A stretch of 63,456 bases of DNA, filler included, from Guillardia theta CCMP2712 (Eukaryota > Protista > Cryptophyta), in assembly GCF_000315625.1 (NCBI RefSeq). It is 7 parts of 7 records of this genome, joined end to end, with 100 filler letters (N's around TTAATTAATTAA, not from the genome) between each part and the next. Parts side by side here need not be neighbours in the genome. Positions count along the whole stretch, not along the records: positions 1 to 19,625 come from NW_005434620.1; 6 more parts are not named here. The stretch is one strand, 5' to 3'. The translations under genes were made by a program, and so were the position numbers. Below, one piece after another: positions 1 through 11,900 of this stretch. How positions within the stretch are numbered: position 1 is the first letter of the stretch; each line of letters starts with the position of its first letter. Under the pieces are notes generated by a model, which was not told where the DNA came from, did no database searches, and saw nothing but the letters and a program-made list of their open reading frames with translations.

Positions 1-646
1 CTCCATTCCTCATTCCTACCTCCTCCCGCTCCTCTACAGCGCTCTCCTCTTCTTCCCCCTCAGCCTCTCACTTCCACCCTCCTCCGATCTCTTTCTCCCC
101 CCGGCCTCTTCCCTTCAATCCTCCACTCAGCCTCTACCCCCGGCCCTTTCGTCCACCTTCCACTGTCACACAACTATCCTCCCTCTTCCCTCTCGTCTCC
201 TCCCCTCCCTTCTTCTTCTCCCCACCTCATCTCTTACGCGTCTTCCGACAGGAGGAGGAGCTCGCCAGGATCCGCAGCGCCGGCTCCAGCAGGTTGGCAG
301 CAGCTAACAGCTTCCTTACTGCAGTCGTCTGGGACATCCTCCCGCAGGACACGAAACTCGCTCTCTCCTCCAGCCTCGCATGTCGTCAGACCGTCCAGCA
401 TATTCTTGCCGTCCTCCAGTTCTCCTCCTTCCCCAGCGTCGTCTCCTGGTACTCTCCTAGGAAGACAGGGATGGGTAAGTGCTGCAGCAGCTGCAGCAGC
501 GACGGCGGCGGCGGCGAAGGCGGCGGCGGTAGCAGAAACCCTCAGCTGTCCTCCCTGCCCTCAGTGGTATCCTGGTTCATGTTGCCTGTCAAACAGTCTC
601 TCGAAGCAGCAGTGGAAGAGCAGGAGCAGGAGCGGGAGCGGGAGCG

Positions 647-679
<33 letters not shown>

Positions 680-1206
680 TCTCAAGCGGTTGCTCGAAGG
701 CTACACGGAGTTGGCGCAGGGGATGTACGAAATGACGAGAGGGGAGAAGAGGAACTTGAGCATGTTTGGTTGCCCAGTGGAGGTAGACTGCCTCCTCTGG
801 TGCTCCTGGGGGGAGCAGGAGAAAGTGAAGACGCTGCAGGTAGGAGGAAGAGGAGAGAGGAGCCGGTGCTTGCCAGGCTGTTAACGATGATGACGCAGGT
901 GCTGAAGGCTTGCCTGCGACGGAGACTGTGGATGAAGATGCCGTCGGTGACAACATGGATGCGGTTCGCTCTGCCAGCGACAATGAGGATGAGAGGAGGA
1001 GCATTGGGAGTGTCTGATTCAGATTGGGAAGTGAGTGAGTTGTGGTTCGGAGACAGCAGCGCAGATGTCAAGCTTTGAAGAATGTGATGATGTGAGCTTT
1101 TGGAAAGAGTTTATTCTCTTGATGTCATGCTCGAATAAAACAAGTGATTTGTTTTCCCGTGTCCTTTGATTTGTTTTCCCGTGTCCTTGACACCTTTGCT
1201 TGCAGC

Positions 1207-1347
1207 TCTACATCTACATCTACATCTACATCTACATCTACATCTACATCTACATCTACATCTACATCTACATCTACATCTACATCTACATCTACATCTA
1301 CATCTACATCTACATCTACATCTACATCTACATCTACATCTACATCT
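1207..1347. repeat. (TCTACA)n hexanucleotide microsatellite, ~23 copies
   Basis: Perfect tandem tctaca run, read directly. Confidence 0.95.
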
Positions 1348-1547
1348 CTTCTCTCCCACTCTTCGACATATTCGCCATCCTCTTCATCATCCCGACGCCC
1401 ATCGGCACGTCCTACCCGCGGTAGCACCTCACCACCTCGGCCCTGCTCATCCTGCTGCTCATCGCCCGCAGAAAACTTGTGTATGAGGGGGATGAGGACT
1501 CCCGGGAAGGTTTGCCTTTCTTTTCCAGTCAATAAAGAAGCAGAGCC

Positions 1548-2723
1548 ATGTCAGCGATGGGCGGCAGCAGGTCGAGCAAGAGGAGGAGGCTGGAGGACAC
1601 GAAGACAGAGAGAGAGGAGGAGGAGGACAAAGACAAAAGCCGGAGGGAAACAAGACGAATACGAAGAAAGATATGCGAGCACGGGCGGCGGCGATCGCAA
1701 TGCAAGGACTGCGGGGGCAGCAGCATATGCGAGCACGGGCGGCGGCGATCGGGATGCAAGGACTGCGGGGGCAGCAGCATATGCGAGCACGGGCGGCAGC
1801 GATCGGAATGCAAGGACTGCGGGGGCAGCAGCATATGCGAGCACGGGCGGCAGCGATCGGGATGCAAGGACTGCGGGGGCAGCAGCATATGCGAGCACGG
1901 GCGGCAGCGATCGGAATGCAAGGACTGCGGGGGCAGCAGCATATGCGAGCACGGGCGGCGGCGATCGGGATGCAAGGACTGCGGGGGCAGCAGCATATGC
2001 GAGCACGGGCGGCGGCGATCGGAATGCAAGGACTGCGGGGGCAGCAGCATATGCGAGCACGGGCGGCAGCGATCGGTATGCAAGGACTGCGGGGGCAGCA
2101 GCATATGCGAGCACGGGCGGCAGCGATCGAGATGCAAGGACTGCGGGGGCAGCAGCATATGCGAGCACGGGCGGCGGCGATCGGGATGCAAGGACTGCAG
2201 GGGCAGCAGCATATGCGAGCACGGGCGGCGGCGATCGGTATGCAAGGACTGCGGGGGCAGCAGCATATGCGAGCACGGGCGGCAGCGATCGCAATGCAAG
2301 GACTGCAGGGGCAGCAGCATATGCGAGCACGCGCGGCAGCGATCGGGATGCAAGGACTGCGGGGGCAGCAGCATATGCGAGCACGGGCGGCAGCGATCGA
2401 GATGCAAGGACTGCGGGGGCAGCAGCATATGCGAGCACGCGCGGCGGCGATCGGTGTGCAAGGACTGCGGGGGCAGCAGCATATGCGAGCACGCGCGGCA
2501 GCGATCGGGATGCAAGGACTGCGGGGGCAGCAGCATATGCGAGCACGGGCGGCGGCGATCGGGATGCAAGGACTGCGGGGGCAGCAGCATATGCGAGCAC
2601 GGGCGGCGGCGATCGGGATGCAAGGACTGCGGGGGCAGCAGCATATGCGAGCACGGGCGGAAGCGATCGGTATGCAAGGACTGCCGGGGAGAGATCAGCA
2701 GGTACAAGCAGGGGAGGAGCTGA
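1548..2723 (+). CDS. Cys/His tandem-repeat protein: 19 x 18-aa C-E-H-G-R-x-R-S-x-C-K-D-C-G-G-S-S-I units (putative Zn-binding), with a basic N-terminal NLS-like segment
   Basis: Intronless 391-aa ORF with a 54-nt repeat at ~1671-2690. Each unit has CxH-x6-CxxC. The N-terminus contains KRRR and RRIRRK. Confidence 0.8.
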   Translation: MSAMGGSRSSKRRRLEDTKTEREEEEDKDKSRRETRRIRRKICEHGRRRSQCKDCGGSSICEHGRRRSGCKDCGGSSICEHGRQRSECKDCGGSSICEHGRQRSGCKDCGGSSICEHGRQRSECKDCGGSSICEHGRRRSGCKDCGGSSICEHGRRRSECKDCGGSSICEHGRQRSVCKDCGGSSICEHGRQRSRCKDCGGSSICEHGRRRSGCKDCRGSSICEHGRRRSVCKDCGGSSICEHGRQRSQCKDCRGSSICEHARQRSGCKDCGGSSICEHGRQRSRCKDCGGSSICEHARRRSVCKDCGGSSICEHARQRSGCKDCGGSSICEHGRRRSGCKDCGGSSICEHGRRRSGCKDCGGSSICEHGRKRSVCKDCRGEISRYKQGRS

Positions 2724-3399
2724 TCAGGAGCGGACATGAAGTTGCTGTGTAGCAGGTGACTTGCTTGCAGGGAGTGCATGGTCGTGCTGGGCAAGGAGGC
2801 AGCTGACTAGGGGAGGAGAGGGATGGCAGCGTGTACAGGGAAGGGTCGGGGGGTGGCTAGGAGGTGGGCGGGGAGCTGTTGGGACTCATCGCAGGCAGGA
2901 GGGAGACGCTGGCAGGGGGCATGGGAGGGGCATTGAGATGGCTTAACGTAGAACACTTGATTGGTAATAGAAAAATGAACAGAAACGGCAGAGCAGGCGG
3001 AGGGGAGTAGTTGGAATAGGCTTGTCCGGTATGACAGCCATGCAGGCATCAACAGTTTTCAGTCTGCTGACCTGAAGGAGAAGACCGTCTCAGTCGCTCG
3101 AGACGAAGCTAAGTCAAGACAGACAAGAGTAGAGGAGCACAGGGAAGGAAGGCTGAACACCAGGATGAGACATGAGGCCACCAGGAAGGTCTTTGCCGGA
3201 ACCGGGCCCGGGGAGCAAGAAAATCCATGGAGGGCAGATAGCGGGGAGGGAGCACGAGGAGAGGTGATGTAGGAGAAGGAGGAGAAGCAATGTGGGGATA
3301 GCTCTCGCTGCAGGTGATGTAGGAGAAGGAGGAGAAGCAATGTGGCTGGGTTGCCCGCACTGCGGGTTGCCCGCTGGGTTGCGGTCAGGTTGCGGTTGC

Positions 3400-6317
3400 C
3401 CGCACGGGGGTGGAACTCGCGATGACTTCCCTGATCCAATCGAATGCCTGACATTCTTCAACAAGTGGTTAATGCACGGTGAGAAGAATAACAACTTCTT
3501 GGTGATAGGAGAGATGACGGGATTGGACAGCCATTCGTCAAATTTAAAGCGGATCTTGTTTTCATCCAGCTCATTTAGCCCATCTGCTATCCTTCGCTCC
3601 ATCTCCCATGGAGTGTATGTTTCTTCCTCATCTTGATTGTCATTGGCTAATGACAGAACTTCTTCGTATCCATACCTTCGGCAAAATATTTTCAGCCTAC
3701 AGAACATGTCTTTCAAGGTCAATCTTGGCCTCTTGCTCGTGCTACATCTTAGCGTCTTCTCATTCTGAACCTGCCATATGGCCTGGTTGCGTCGCAATTG
3801 CAAAACAAAATTTTTGATATCTCTCATCTCCGGCACATCCATGTGTACCATTCCCGACTGAGGTGTGACTGACAATGACGACAGGTCTTCCCCATCGTAT
3901 TCATCGGCATTGTTCAAGGTGCACTCACTCTCAATGTCGTGCTCTGAAATTGGAGGCTCGAACTTGAATAGCCCTGAAATGTATGCAGCAATAGAGGAAC
4001 ATAGAGTTCGATCATCCATACTGGTTGCCGTTTTGCAGATTGCTTTCACCTCCTGGATGAATGTACTGGGCTTGTCTTTGTAGAAATACCGATGTATCCT
4101 CCTGGATGAATGTACTGGGCTTGTCTTTGTAGAAATACCGATGTATACAGGCAAATTCTCCATCNNNNNNNNNNNNNNNNNNNNNNNNNNNNNNNNNNNN
4201 NNNNNNNNNNNNNNNNNNNNNNNNNNNNNNNNNNNNNNNNNNNNNNNNNNNNNNNNNNNNNNNNNNNNNNNNNNNNNNNNNNNNNNNNNNNNNNNNNNNN
4301 NNNNNNNNNNNNNCAACAACACAGATGGCATCCTCTCCAAGTTCTGCTATTGCCGTCTTATAGTACAAGTCATTGTACAAATTCAATTCATCTTGCAGTT
4401 GACGTTGCTCCTCTGGTGCGGCACTACTCATGTAGTTATTCAGTCGTTCAATCAGGTTCGGCACTTGAATCTGAATTTGACAACACCCTCAATCACCCCA
4501 GTCAAGTACAATTGATGTGGAGTAAATCTGACTTCATTGGAGGAATTTCTTCTCGTGTCTGACCTCGCCACAGCATTGTTGCTCGTCATTTTTGCGACAT
4601 ACTTGTCTCGAATTTTCTTGTAATCCCGTTCAGCCGTTGCTTTCCTTTCATTAATTTTCTCCAAGTCGTCGGTCAACAAGGCTATGACTCGTTCCTGAAT
4701 CGATGCAACTGTCGTCCCTTCCAGACAAAGCTGTGCCAAACGTTCCTTTCGCAGTGCAAGCCGTTCCGTCAAATCCATCTTTCTTTCAGTGACACCGCCT
4801 AAATCTGCTTCGCAATCTTCGAATTCTTTACAAAAACCAGCATTGATCATCGTCTTGTCCATCGCCAACACGTGGATACCATCTACAAGGTTAGTACTCA
4901 TCATTTCGCTGTAATTGTCCAAAATTTCGCTACATATTCTTGACCTTTTCACATCTCGTGTTTTCATGTCAGCACTTTGATGCTTGCAAAGAGTAGAGAT
5001 GCATGGCAGAGGCAAGTTATGTAAAGCCTGATCAGAATGGAAATTGTCTGTAAACTTGTTCCCTGGCCCTGACAGGAACCGCAACATTGTCGCATTGCCA
5101 AGGTTTTTGAGTGTTGATGCGAAACTGATAATCTCCGGGGAGAATCTCATGCCCCTCGAATCTTTCGCTCTAAAACTTTGACGACACCAATCCATTACCA
5201 AGTACGGCATGATTTTGTGTGTTGTTCTGAAAGCGTCGATATCATTACTGGCAAACATCACCAATTCAGAAACTACATCTGGCAATCCACAAGCATGTAA
5301 GTTTGAAACTGCTCTTTCGACATTGCATATTGCAGAGAACTCATGCTCCGATGTTTTCTTTTGTGCTTGACACAGAGAGTCGTGCTCACTCAGAATCCTT
5401 CGGATGATTTCACATCGGGTGTTGCCATCAAGGGTTCTGAACGTTTCACAAACTGTCTGAATGAACAGCTCGGAGTCTGCCTTGGTGTGCTTCTTTGGGG
5501 GACATGGATCAACATGCTCATCCGACAATTTTGCATATCTGCAGAATGATCACACTACAGAGAGGGGAAGAAAGCAACATCACAGACTTACCGCAAAAAG
5601 TAATCGTGAATCGTGGATTGTAATGAATTCAAATCTTCGAAATGTGAGGTAGACCACTTTTCGATTCGGGAAAAAAGAGTTCGATGCTTTCTGTGCATAT
5701 TACCAAGCTGTGTACGAAGTCGATTTAAATGCTCATACATAGCAGTGGTTCCTGCATGTGGATTTCCAGATGCTTGTTTTTCGAAAACCTTGGTGTAATA
5801 GTAGAGAAAGCATTTCGCAAACCCTTCTGATGTATGTCCGTAAACATCTCCAAGGACTTTTAGCTTCTTTTGGACTTCAAACAAGGATACAGAACGAAGA
5901 CTTAACTTCAGATGCTGGGTCGCTGAAGTGAGAAGATTGTTGTCTTCACACTCCAAAGACAAAGTTGCATGATCTTGACATTGCAAGAAATCCAACAGCT
6001 TGAAAACCAAGGTATCATCCCACTTCGAGAGCAAAATCCNNNNNNNNNNNNNNNNNNNNNNNNNNNNNNNNNNNNNNNNNNNNNNNNNNNNNNNNNNNNN
6101 NNNNNNNNNNNNNNNNNNNNNNNNNNNNNNNNNNNNNNNACAAGTTGTGCAAACAGGCACACCTTGCCATCTTCGAACACTGGCCTTCTTTCTTGGTTTT
6201 TGGCATGATTGGCATGTTTCGGTCTTCCGCACCTTCGGCTTGCCCATGGCGAGGGGGGTCACAGGTTTGCCCGCCAAAAATCGGATTGATTTGTGTGATA
6301 CCTGCCATGGCATGCAG
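3400..6317 (-). mobile_element. Degenerate DNA-transposon-like region, possibly a P-element/THAP9-like transposase
   Basis: AT-richer than the flanks. ORF 4452-5528 has RFSPEIISFASTL...LRFL...LPLPCISTL...VLAMDKT, resembling the P-transposase N-terminal RYS..F..TL/LP..STL/VL.FDE motifs. CxxC pairs occur near 6150-6210. Interrupted by N gaps. Confidence 0.45.
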
Positions 6318-6570
6318 NNNNNNNNNNNNNNNNNNNNNNNNNNNNNNNNNNNNNNNNNNNNNNNNNNNNNNNNNNNNNNNNNNNNNNNNNNNNNNNNNNN
6401 NNNNNNNNNNNNNNNNNATCTCTTGCCTCCTCCATCTTCGTCCTCCTCCTTCTCCTCCTCATCCTCCTCCTCCCCCCCCACCCCTCCTCCTCCTCCTCCT
6501 CCTCCTCCTCCTCCTCGTCATCGTCGTCGCCGTCGCCGTTGTCGTCGTCGATGACTGAGTTCGTTCTCAG

Positions 6571-8476
6571 ATCCTGCTGGAATGCGACCGGCTCTTCACG
6601 GAGTGGTACACGTTGCAGCATGGGAGCGGGAGCGTCCAAAAACTGACCCGGCTGCAGTCGTTTGTAAGTGAAGAACTTTTTATTCCTCCTTTCTCGTATC
6701 CTCCCTGTCGTCTACTCCTCAGTCGTCGCTTCCTGCCCTGATTTTTCCTCTCCTCCTTTCGCTCCTCGTCCTCGTCCTCGTCCTCGTCCCGATCATTACC
6801 ATTCCCCTCTACTCCTTCTCCTGATCTCCTTGTTCTCCTCCTGTTCTCCTCTTCTTTTCATTCTCCTCCTCCTTACCTTATCTTCGTCCTCCTGCTACGA
6901 CCACCACCCCTCCCCTCCTCTCTCCCACCCACCTTCTTCCAGTCAGTGTTCTGATCTACGCACCGCCAGGTGACGAGGTACAGACCTCTCCCAGGTGAGA
7001 ACCAGCTGGCGCGGCATGTGGACGGGAGGAACGTGCACGGGTCCGTCATCCTCGGCCTCCACACCGACGAAGAGTTCACAGGAGGAGGCGTGACGGTGAG
7101 GAGCAGGAGGAGGGAAGACAGAGTATGCAAGGAAAGAAAGGGGAGATTCAGGCAGTCCGGAGAGAGGAAGATGAGGAGGGGAGGGAGGAACGGGGAGGAG
7201 GGAGAGGAGTGGTGAGGAGGAAACGAGGGAAGAGGAGGAGGAGGAGGACGGTGACCTTGGCAGCAGGTGTGGGACTGTACCCCTCAAGATGTCTTCAACT
7301 ACCCCATCAACCCCGGAGACATCTGCTTCCTCGACCGCTGCGTCTGGTGACTGAAGTCGCTGCTGCCCCTTCCCGCTCTAACATTGTGGAGAGGCACCAA
7401 GGGAACCCTATCACCTCGGGCATGCGCTGGGTCATCGTTATCTTCTACTCTGTGGAGGTGAAGCCGCGGAAGGGCAGGGGCGTGCGAGAGGAAGGGAGGG
7501 GAGGAGGAGGAGGAGATGGGGAGGGGAGGAGGAGGAGGAGGACGAGATGGGGGAGAGGAGAAACTAACCTTTGAGGCAGGGAGAGAATCTTTCGCGTGCG
7601 GATAGCAGGTCACGAGGAGTGCACAAAGTGAACGCTTCCTCCCTGCTCGAGAGTTTGAAGTGGATCAAGGTAAAGTGCACGAGCCGGTTGCTCAACATGA
7701 CAGCTCGCCTTCTCTTCTCTTCCCTCCCCTCCCTCTCCTCCCTCTCGCACTCATTCCTCGTTTTCCTTTCCCTCCCCTTCCTCTTCCTCTCATTCCCGTG
7801 CTCGCTTCATGCTCGTCTCCCGCTTTCTTCCTGTGGCTTGTTTCGATCCTCTTTACGCTAACGCTCTCCACCACCACCACCACCTCCTCCTCCTCCTCCT
7901 CCTCCTCCTCCTCCTCCTCCTCCTCTCCTCGTCCTTGTTTGCCTAACCCTCCCCCAGACGACGGGGGCTCACGGCATGCAGCTGCAAGGCGGCGAGAAGT
8001 TCCAGCAGAGTCAGCAGCAGGTAGAGAGAAGGGAGGGAGGGAGGGAAGGGAGGATGGAGGACGATGAGGATGAGAACAGGAGAAGAGAGCGTTGGGTTGA
8101 CGAAGAGGAGATGCGGGAGGAAGCGAGATGGAGGAAGAGGAGTAGTGCTAGGAAGGGGTATGGGGAGGAGGAGAACAAGAACAAGAGAGTTGGAGAGGTT
8201 GGGAGGCGCAGGAAGAAAATGGAATGTGAGGGGGAGGGAGGAAGAGGCAGGAGGAGGAGGAGGAAGAGGAGGAGGGAGAAGAAGGGAGGGGAGTGGCGGG
8301 TTTGTACGATAGCAGCCCGAAAGCCTTGAGGAGGCTGAAGGTTCTGCAGATAGTTGCGCATCCTCTGGACGAAGAGACCCGAGCAATACTGAAGACTCAG
8401 CGGGATGAAGAGGCAAGAATGAAGGAGAAGGAGAGGCGGGCGAAGGAGGACGCGGAGAAACTCAAAGTTGCAGCCA

Positions 8477-8517
<41 letters not shown>

Positions 8518-8670
8518 ACGGAGAAGGAGACGGGGCCGATCTCTGCCCCTGACCTCCCGCAGGATGAGACTGAAACCGTTCGGCTCCTCCCGCCCGTCGG
8601 TACCGCTGGCATCGTCTCCCTCCTCCTCGCCGTCTCGTGGGTGGCATGGAAACTCAGTCGAAGGACTTGA
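6571..8670 (+). CDS. 2OG-Fe(II) dioxygenase (prolyl-hydroxylase-like), multi-exon, C-terminal membrane anchor; 5' end lost in gap
   Basis: Spliced exons give VTRYRP...RHVDG...SVILGL...FTGGG...PGDICFLD..VWHQGNPITSGMRWVIVIF (HxD...H...R). The C-terminus is GIVSLLLAVSWVAWKLSRRT. Confidence 0.8.
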
Positions 8671-8908
8671 AGGACCAAGATACACTCTTTCCCCCTCCCC
8701 TCCCCTCCCTCCCGCTCTCTCTCCCTCCTTATCCTCTCCCCTCGCCCCACACAAACTGTCGAATCCCATCTTCTAAGCTCTGTCTCCGTTCTACTACCTC
8801 GTCCTCTCTTCCCCCCCCCCCCCCCCCTCTCTTTTCCCTTCCTCCTCCTCAGCAGTAGTCGCTCAACGGACATGATACTTTCATTAGATTGACAGAAAAC
8901 CCCAGCTG

Positions 8909-11900
8909 TCACCCAGCTGGTCGGCTCGAGGCGGATGTGAAGTTGCTCAACATGGTCGTTTGACTCCCCGCGATCGAAGTTGCTTCCTGTCAAAAATTTA
9001 AATTCCAAACACCATCAGCAGTAACAGCACCTCCACCTTCCACCCCTTTCCCCCGCCTCCTCCTCCTCCTCCTCCTTCTCCTCCTCCTCCTCCTCCTCCT
9101 CCTCCTCCTCCTCCTCCTCCTCCTCCTTGCTTTCTCCTCAACTTTCACTCTTTTCCTCTTCCCTTCCTTCTCCTTGCTTCCATTGCATGTCCGTACCTCT
9201 CCTGCCCTGCTGGCGCTGCTGCTGGGCTCGAAAAGGAAGCTTCGGAACCTGCGAGGGAGTTAGTAGCTGGCGGCCTTGTGGGCTCGTCACACGGTTGGCT
9301 GGTCTCCAGCTGGGGACTCTCGATGAGCTCGTTGATGTACTGCTCGAGCCAGACCTGACGGAGAGATAAGTCAATAGGAGGGGAAGACGAAGAGAGGAGC
9401 AGCAGTAGAAAGTGCAAGACGAAGAGAGGAGCAGCAGTAGAAAGTGCAATACAGGAGGAGGAGCAGGAGGAGGAGGAGCAGGAGGAGGAGCAGGAGGAGG
9501 AGCAGGAGGAGGAGGAGGAGGAGGAGGAGGAGGAGGAGGAGGAGAAGCAGGAGGAGGAGGAGGAGGAGGAGGAGGGTACCCGGCGACATTCTATGAGGTC
9601 GGGGTCGAAGCGATTGAACCAGCGCGATGCTTGAGAGGAGAACAACTCGACAGAGACCTGAAGTAGCGAAGGGAAGGCGGGAGGAGAAGAGTGAGAAGAG
9701 AAGAAGAGGTGGAAGGAAGAAGAAGAAGCTGGCAGAAGGACAGGGAAAGAAGAAGAGAGGAGGAATGCGGAGGGAGGGAATGGAGGAAGGTGGAGACAGG
9801 GAGGGAAGGAGGTTAAGAGGATGAATTGAGATCGCTGCGACCTTGGGGAGAGAAACATGCGGAAACAGTTTGATGAGCCTGCGATGGAGCTGAACGAAGT
9901 CAGAGAAGCGATGGTTGACTGGTATGGTTCCTCCATGCGAGAGTAAGACGATAATCTCGTACCTGAACACACAGTCAGTAGGTACCTCGTCCTGTCCCCT
10001 CCTCTCCACTCTCCACTCCTTTTTCTCACCCTCTTTATTCTTCTTACCTCCCTCCTCCCCTCTCCCTGCCTCCCTGCCTCCATCCCTCTTCTCCTCTCCT
10101 CTCCTCTCCTCTCCCTCCTCTCCTCTCCTCTCCCTCCTCTCCTCTCCCTCCCTCTTCTCCTCTCCCTCCCTCCCACTTCTTCCTCCCTCCCTCCCCGTCT
10201 TTGACCTCCCCCAATCTCTCCCTCCCTCCTCCTGCAGTCTCACATCGTGAAATTCTTGTTTCCTGCTCCCACGGTGCAACGACTGGAAGGAACACGGCAG
10301 GCCTTGACCATGCGGGGGGTCTCAAACGAGGAGGCGTCACGTGGTATCAGGCCGCAAGAGCTCCTCTCCTCCTGCGGCACTTCCAGCACGCGATTCACTG
10401 ACTCCTCCAGCGCGTGCAGCCTCGTCTCCAGGGTGCTCAGGCCGCCAACGGGAGGAAGGAGGGGGCGAGGAGGAGGAGGAGTTGGGTAGTCGGAGTGGAG
10501 CTTCTGGGAGAGAGGAGGAGGGTGCAGGCCGTTGGCGAACCCGAGCCTGCAGGCTGCAGAACCTCGACGGGGAGAGGAGGTAGGAGATGACGTGGCACTG
10601 TTGCCTGCGCTGTGAAAACCAAACTCCTTCTCCGAGCCCGGCAGCGTCCAAGTGCTCTGCCTCGTCCTCTTGTTGAAGTAGTAGGGGCGGCCCTGAGATC
10701 GGGAGATCACCGTGATCCACTCCTCCGGCAGCCTCTGCTCTGCCCCCCCGAGCATGTTGTCATGGAACATGTGCTCCAGGAGGGAGGGAGACGGCGAGAC
10801 AGCTCGTATGCTGCTGGTCTCAGCCGCTATCGGCGTCGCCTCCTCCTTCCTTGCGGCGTCGAGGGCTTCTTGGTCCTCCTGGATGAACACGTTGATCCCT
10901 TGGAGGACAGCTCGGGCAGAGGAGTCGGAGATGTTTGCGATGTACGAGGATGAACAGCTCTCCTCTCTCTCCTTCTCCTCCTCCTCCTCCTCTTTCCCAC
11001 CTTTCACCTGCTCCTCCTCAAACTCGTCGATCTTACTGAGGTCTCTGGCGTTCATCTTTGAGTCAAGGAGCAGGAGACGATCCTTGTGCTCAGCCTCGAG
11101 CTCAACCACTTGCTGCTGAGCTTCCGACAGCTCGCTAAGCACGCCCACGAGCTCCTGGCAGAGAGTCGCTAGAGCAGGAGCAAGGGCTGCCCTTCCCGAC
11201 TCCAGCTCGTTCAACTGAACCATCATGTCTTCCCGTTCCTTGGTCAGCTCGTTCAACTGAACCATCATGTCTTCCCGTTCCTTGGTCAGCTCGTTCAACT
11301 GAACCATCATGTCTTCCCGTTCCTTGGTCAGATCGCGGATTTTCTGCTGGGCAGCTGCGGTTGTGTCACCATGGTGCGACTGAGAGTCTTCCAGCATGGC
11401 GATCAATCTCTTCATCTCCATGTCTTTCTTCTCGAGCTGCTCCTGCAGCTTCACTCTCTCCTGCTCGAACTTTTCCTCGGCGGCTTCGAGGTCTCGCATC
11501 GCTGCTTTCATCCTCGTCTCGCTCTCCTCCCTCCTCTCCTCGCTCATCCTAGACTTCTGCTCTTCGGCTTCCAGGAGTTCCTTCAGCCTGCTCGCCTCCT
11601 CTCGCCCATCCTCCCATCTCCGACTCTCATGCATCAACCTCAACTTCGCCTCCTCCATCTCCTGCTGAAGGACCATCACTTCCTCCTTCGCCTTGTGTTT
11701 CACCTCAGAACACTCTCGCTTGCACTCTCGTTCCATCATCTCCCTCTCCGCCACCATCTGCTCAAAAATCAAACTTCCAGCCTTGCAGAACAGTCGCTCC
11801 AGGTGCTGCAGCAAGATTTCGTCGCGCTTGCCAATGGCAGGAGCTTCCCTGAGGAACTTCTCTTTCGCTTCGCTGCGATCTTTCTCGAACGCTTTCCAGC

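Noticed and set aside
251-1078. Coding-like exon fragments at the window start
   Set aside because: Probably the end of a gene, but no recognisable domain or reliable frame.
1144-2794. Long ORFs in four other frames over the 54-nt repeat
   Set aside because: A stop-free repeat unit keeps shadow frames open; only the Cys/His frame is plausible.
4050-4146. 38-nt direct duplication
   Set aside because: It abuts an N gap and is likely an assembly artefact.
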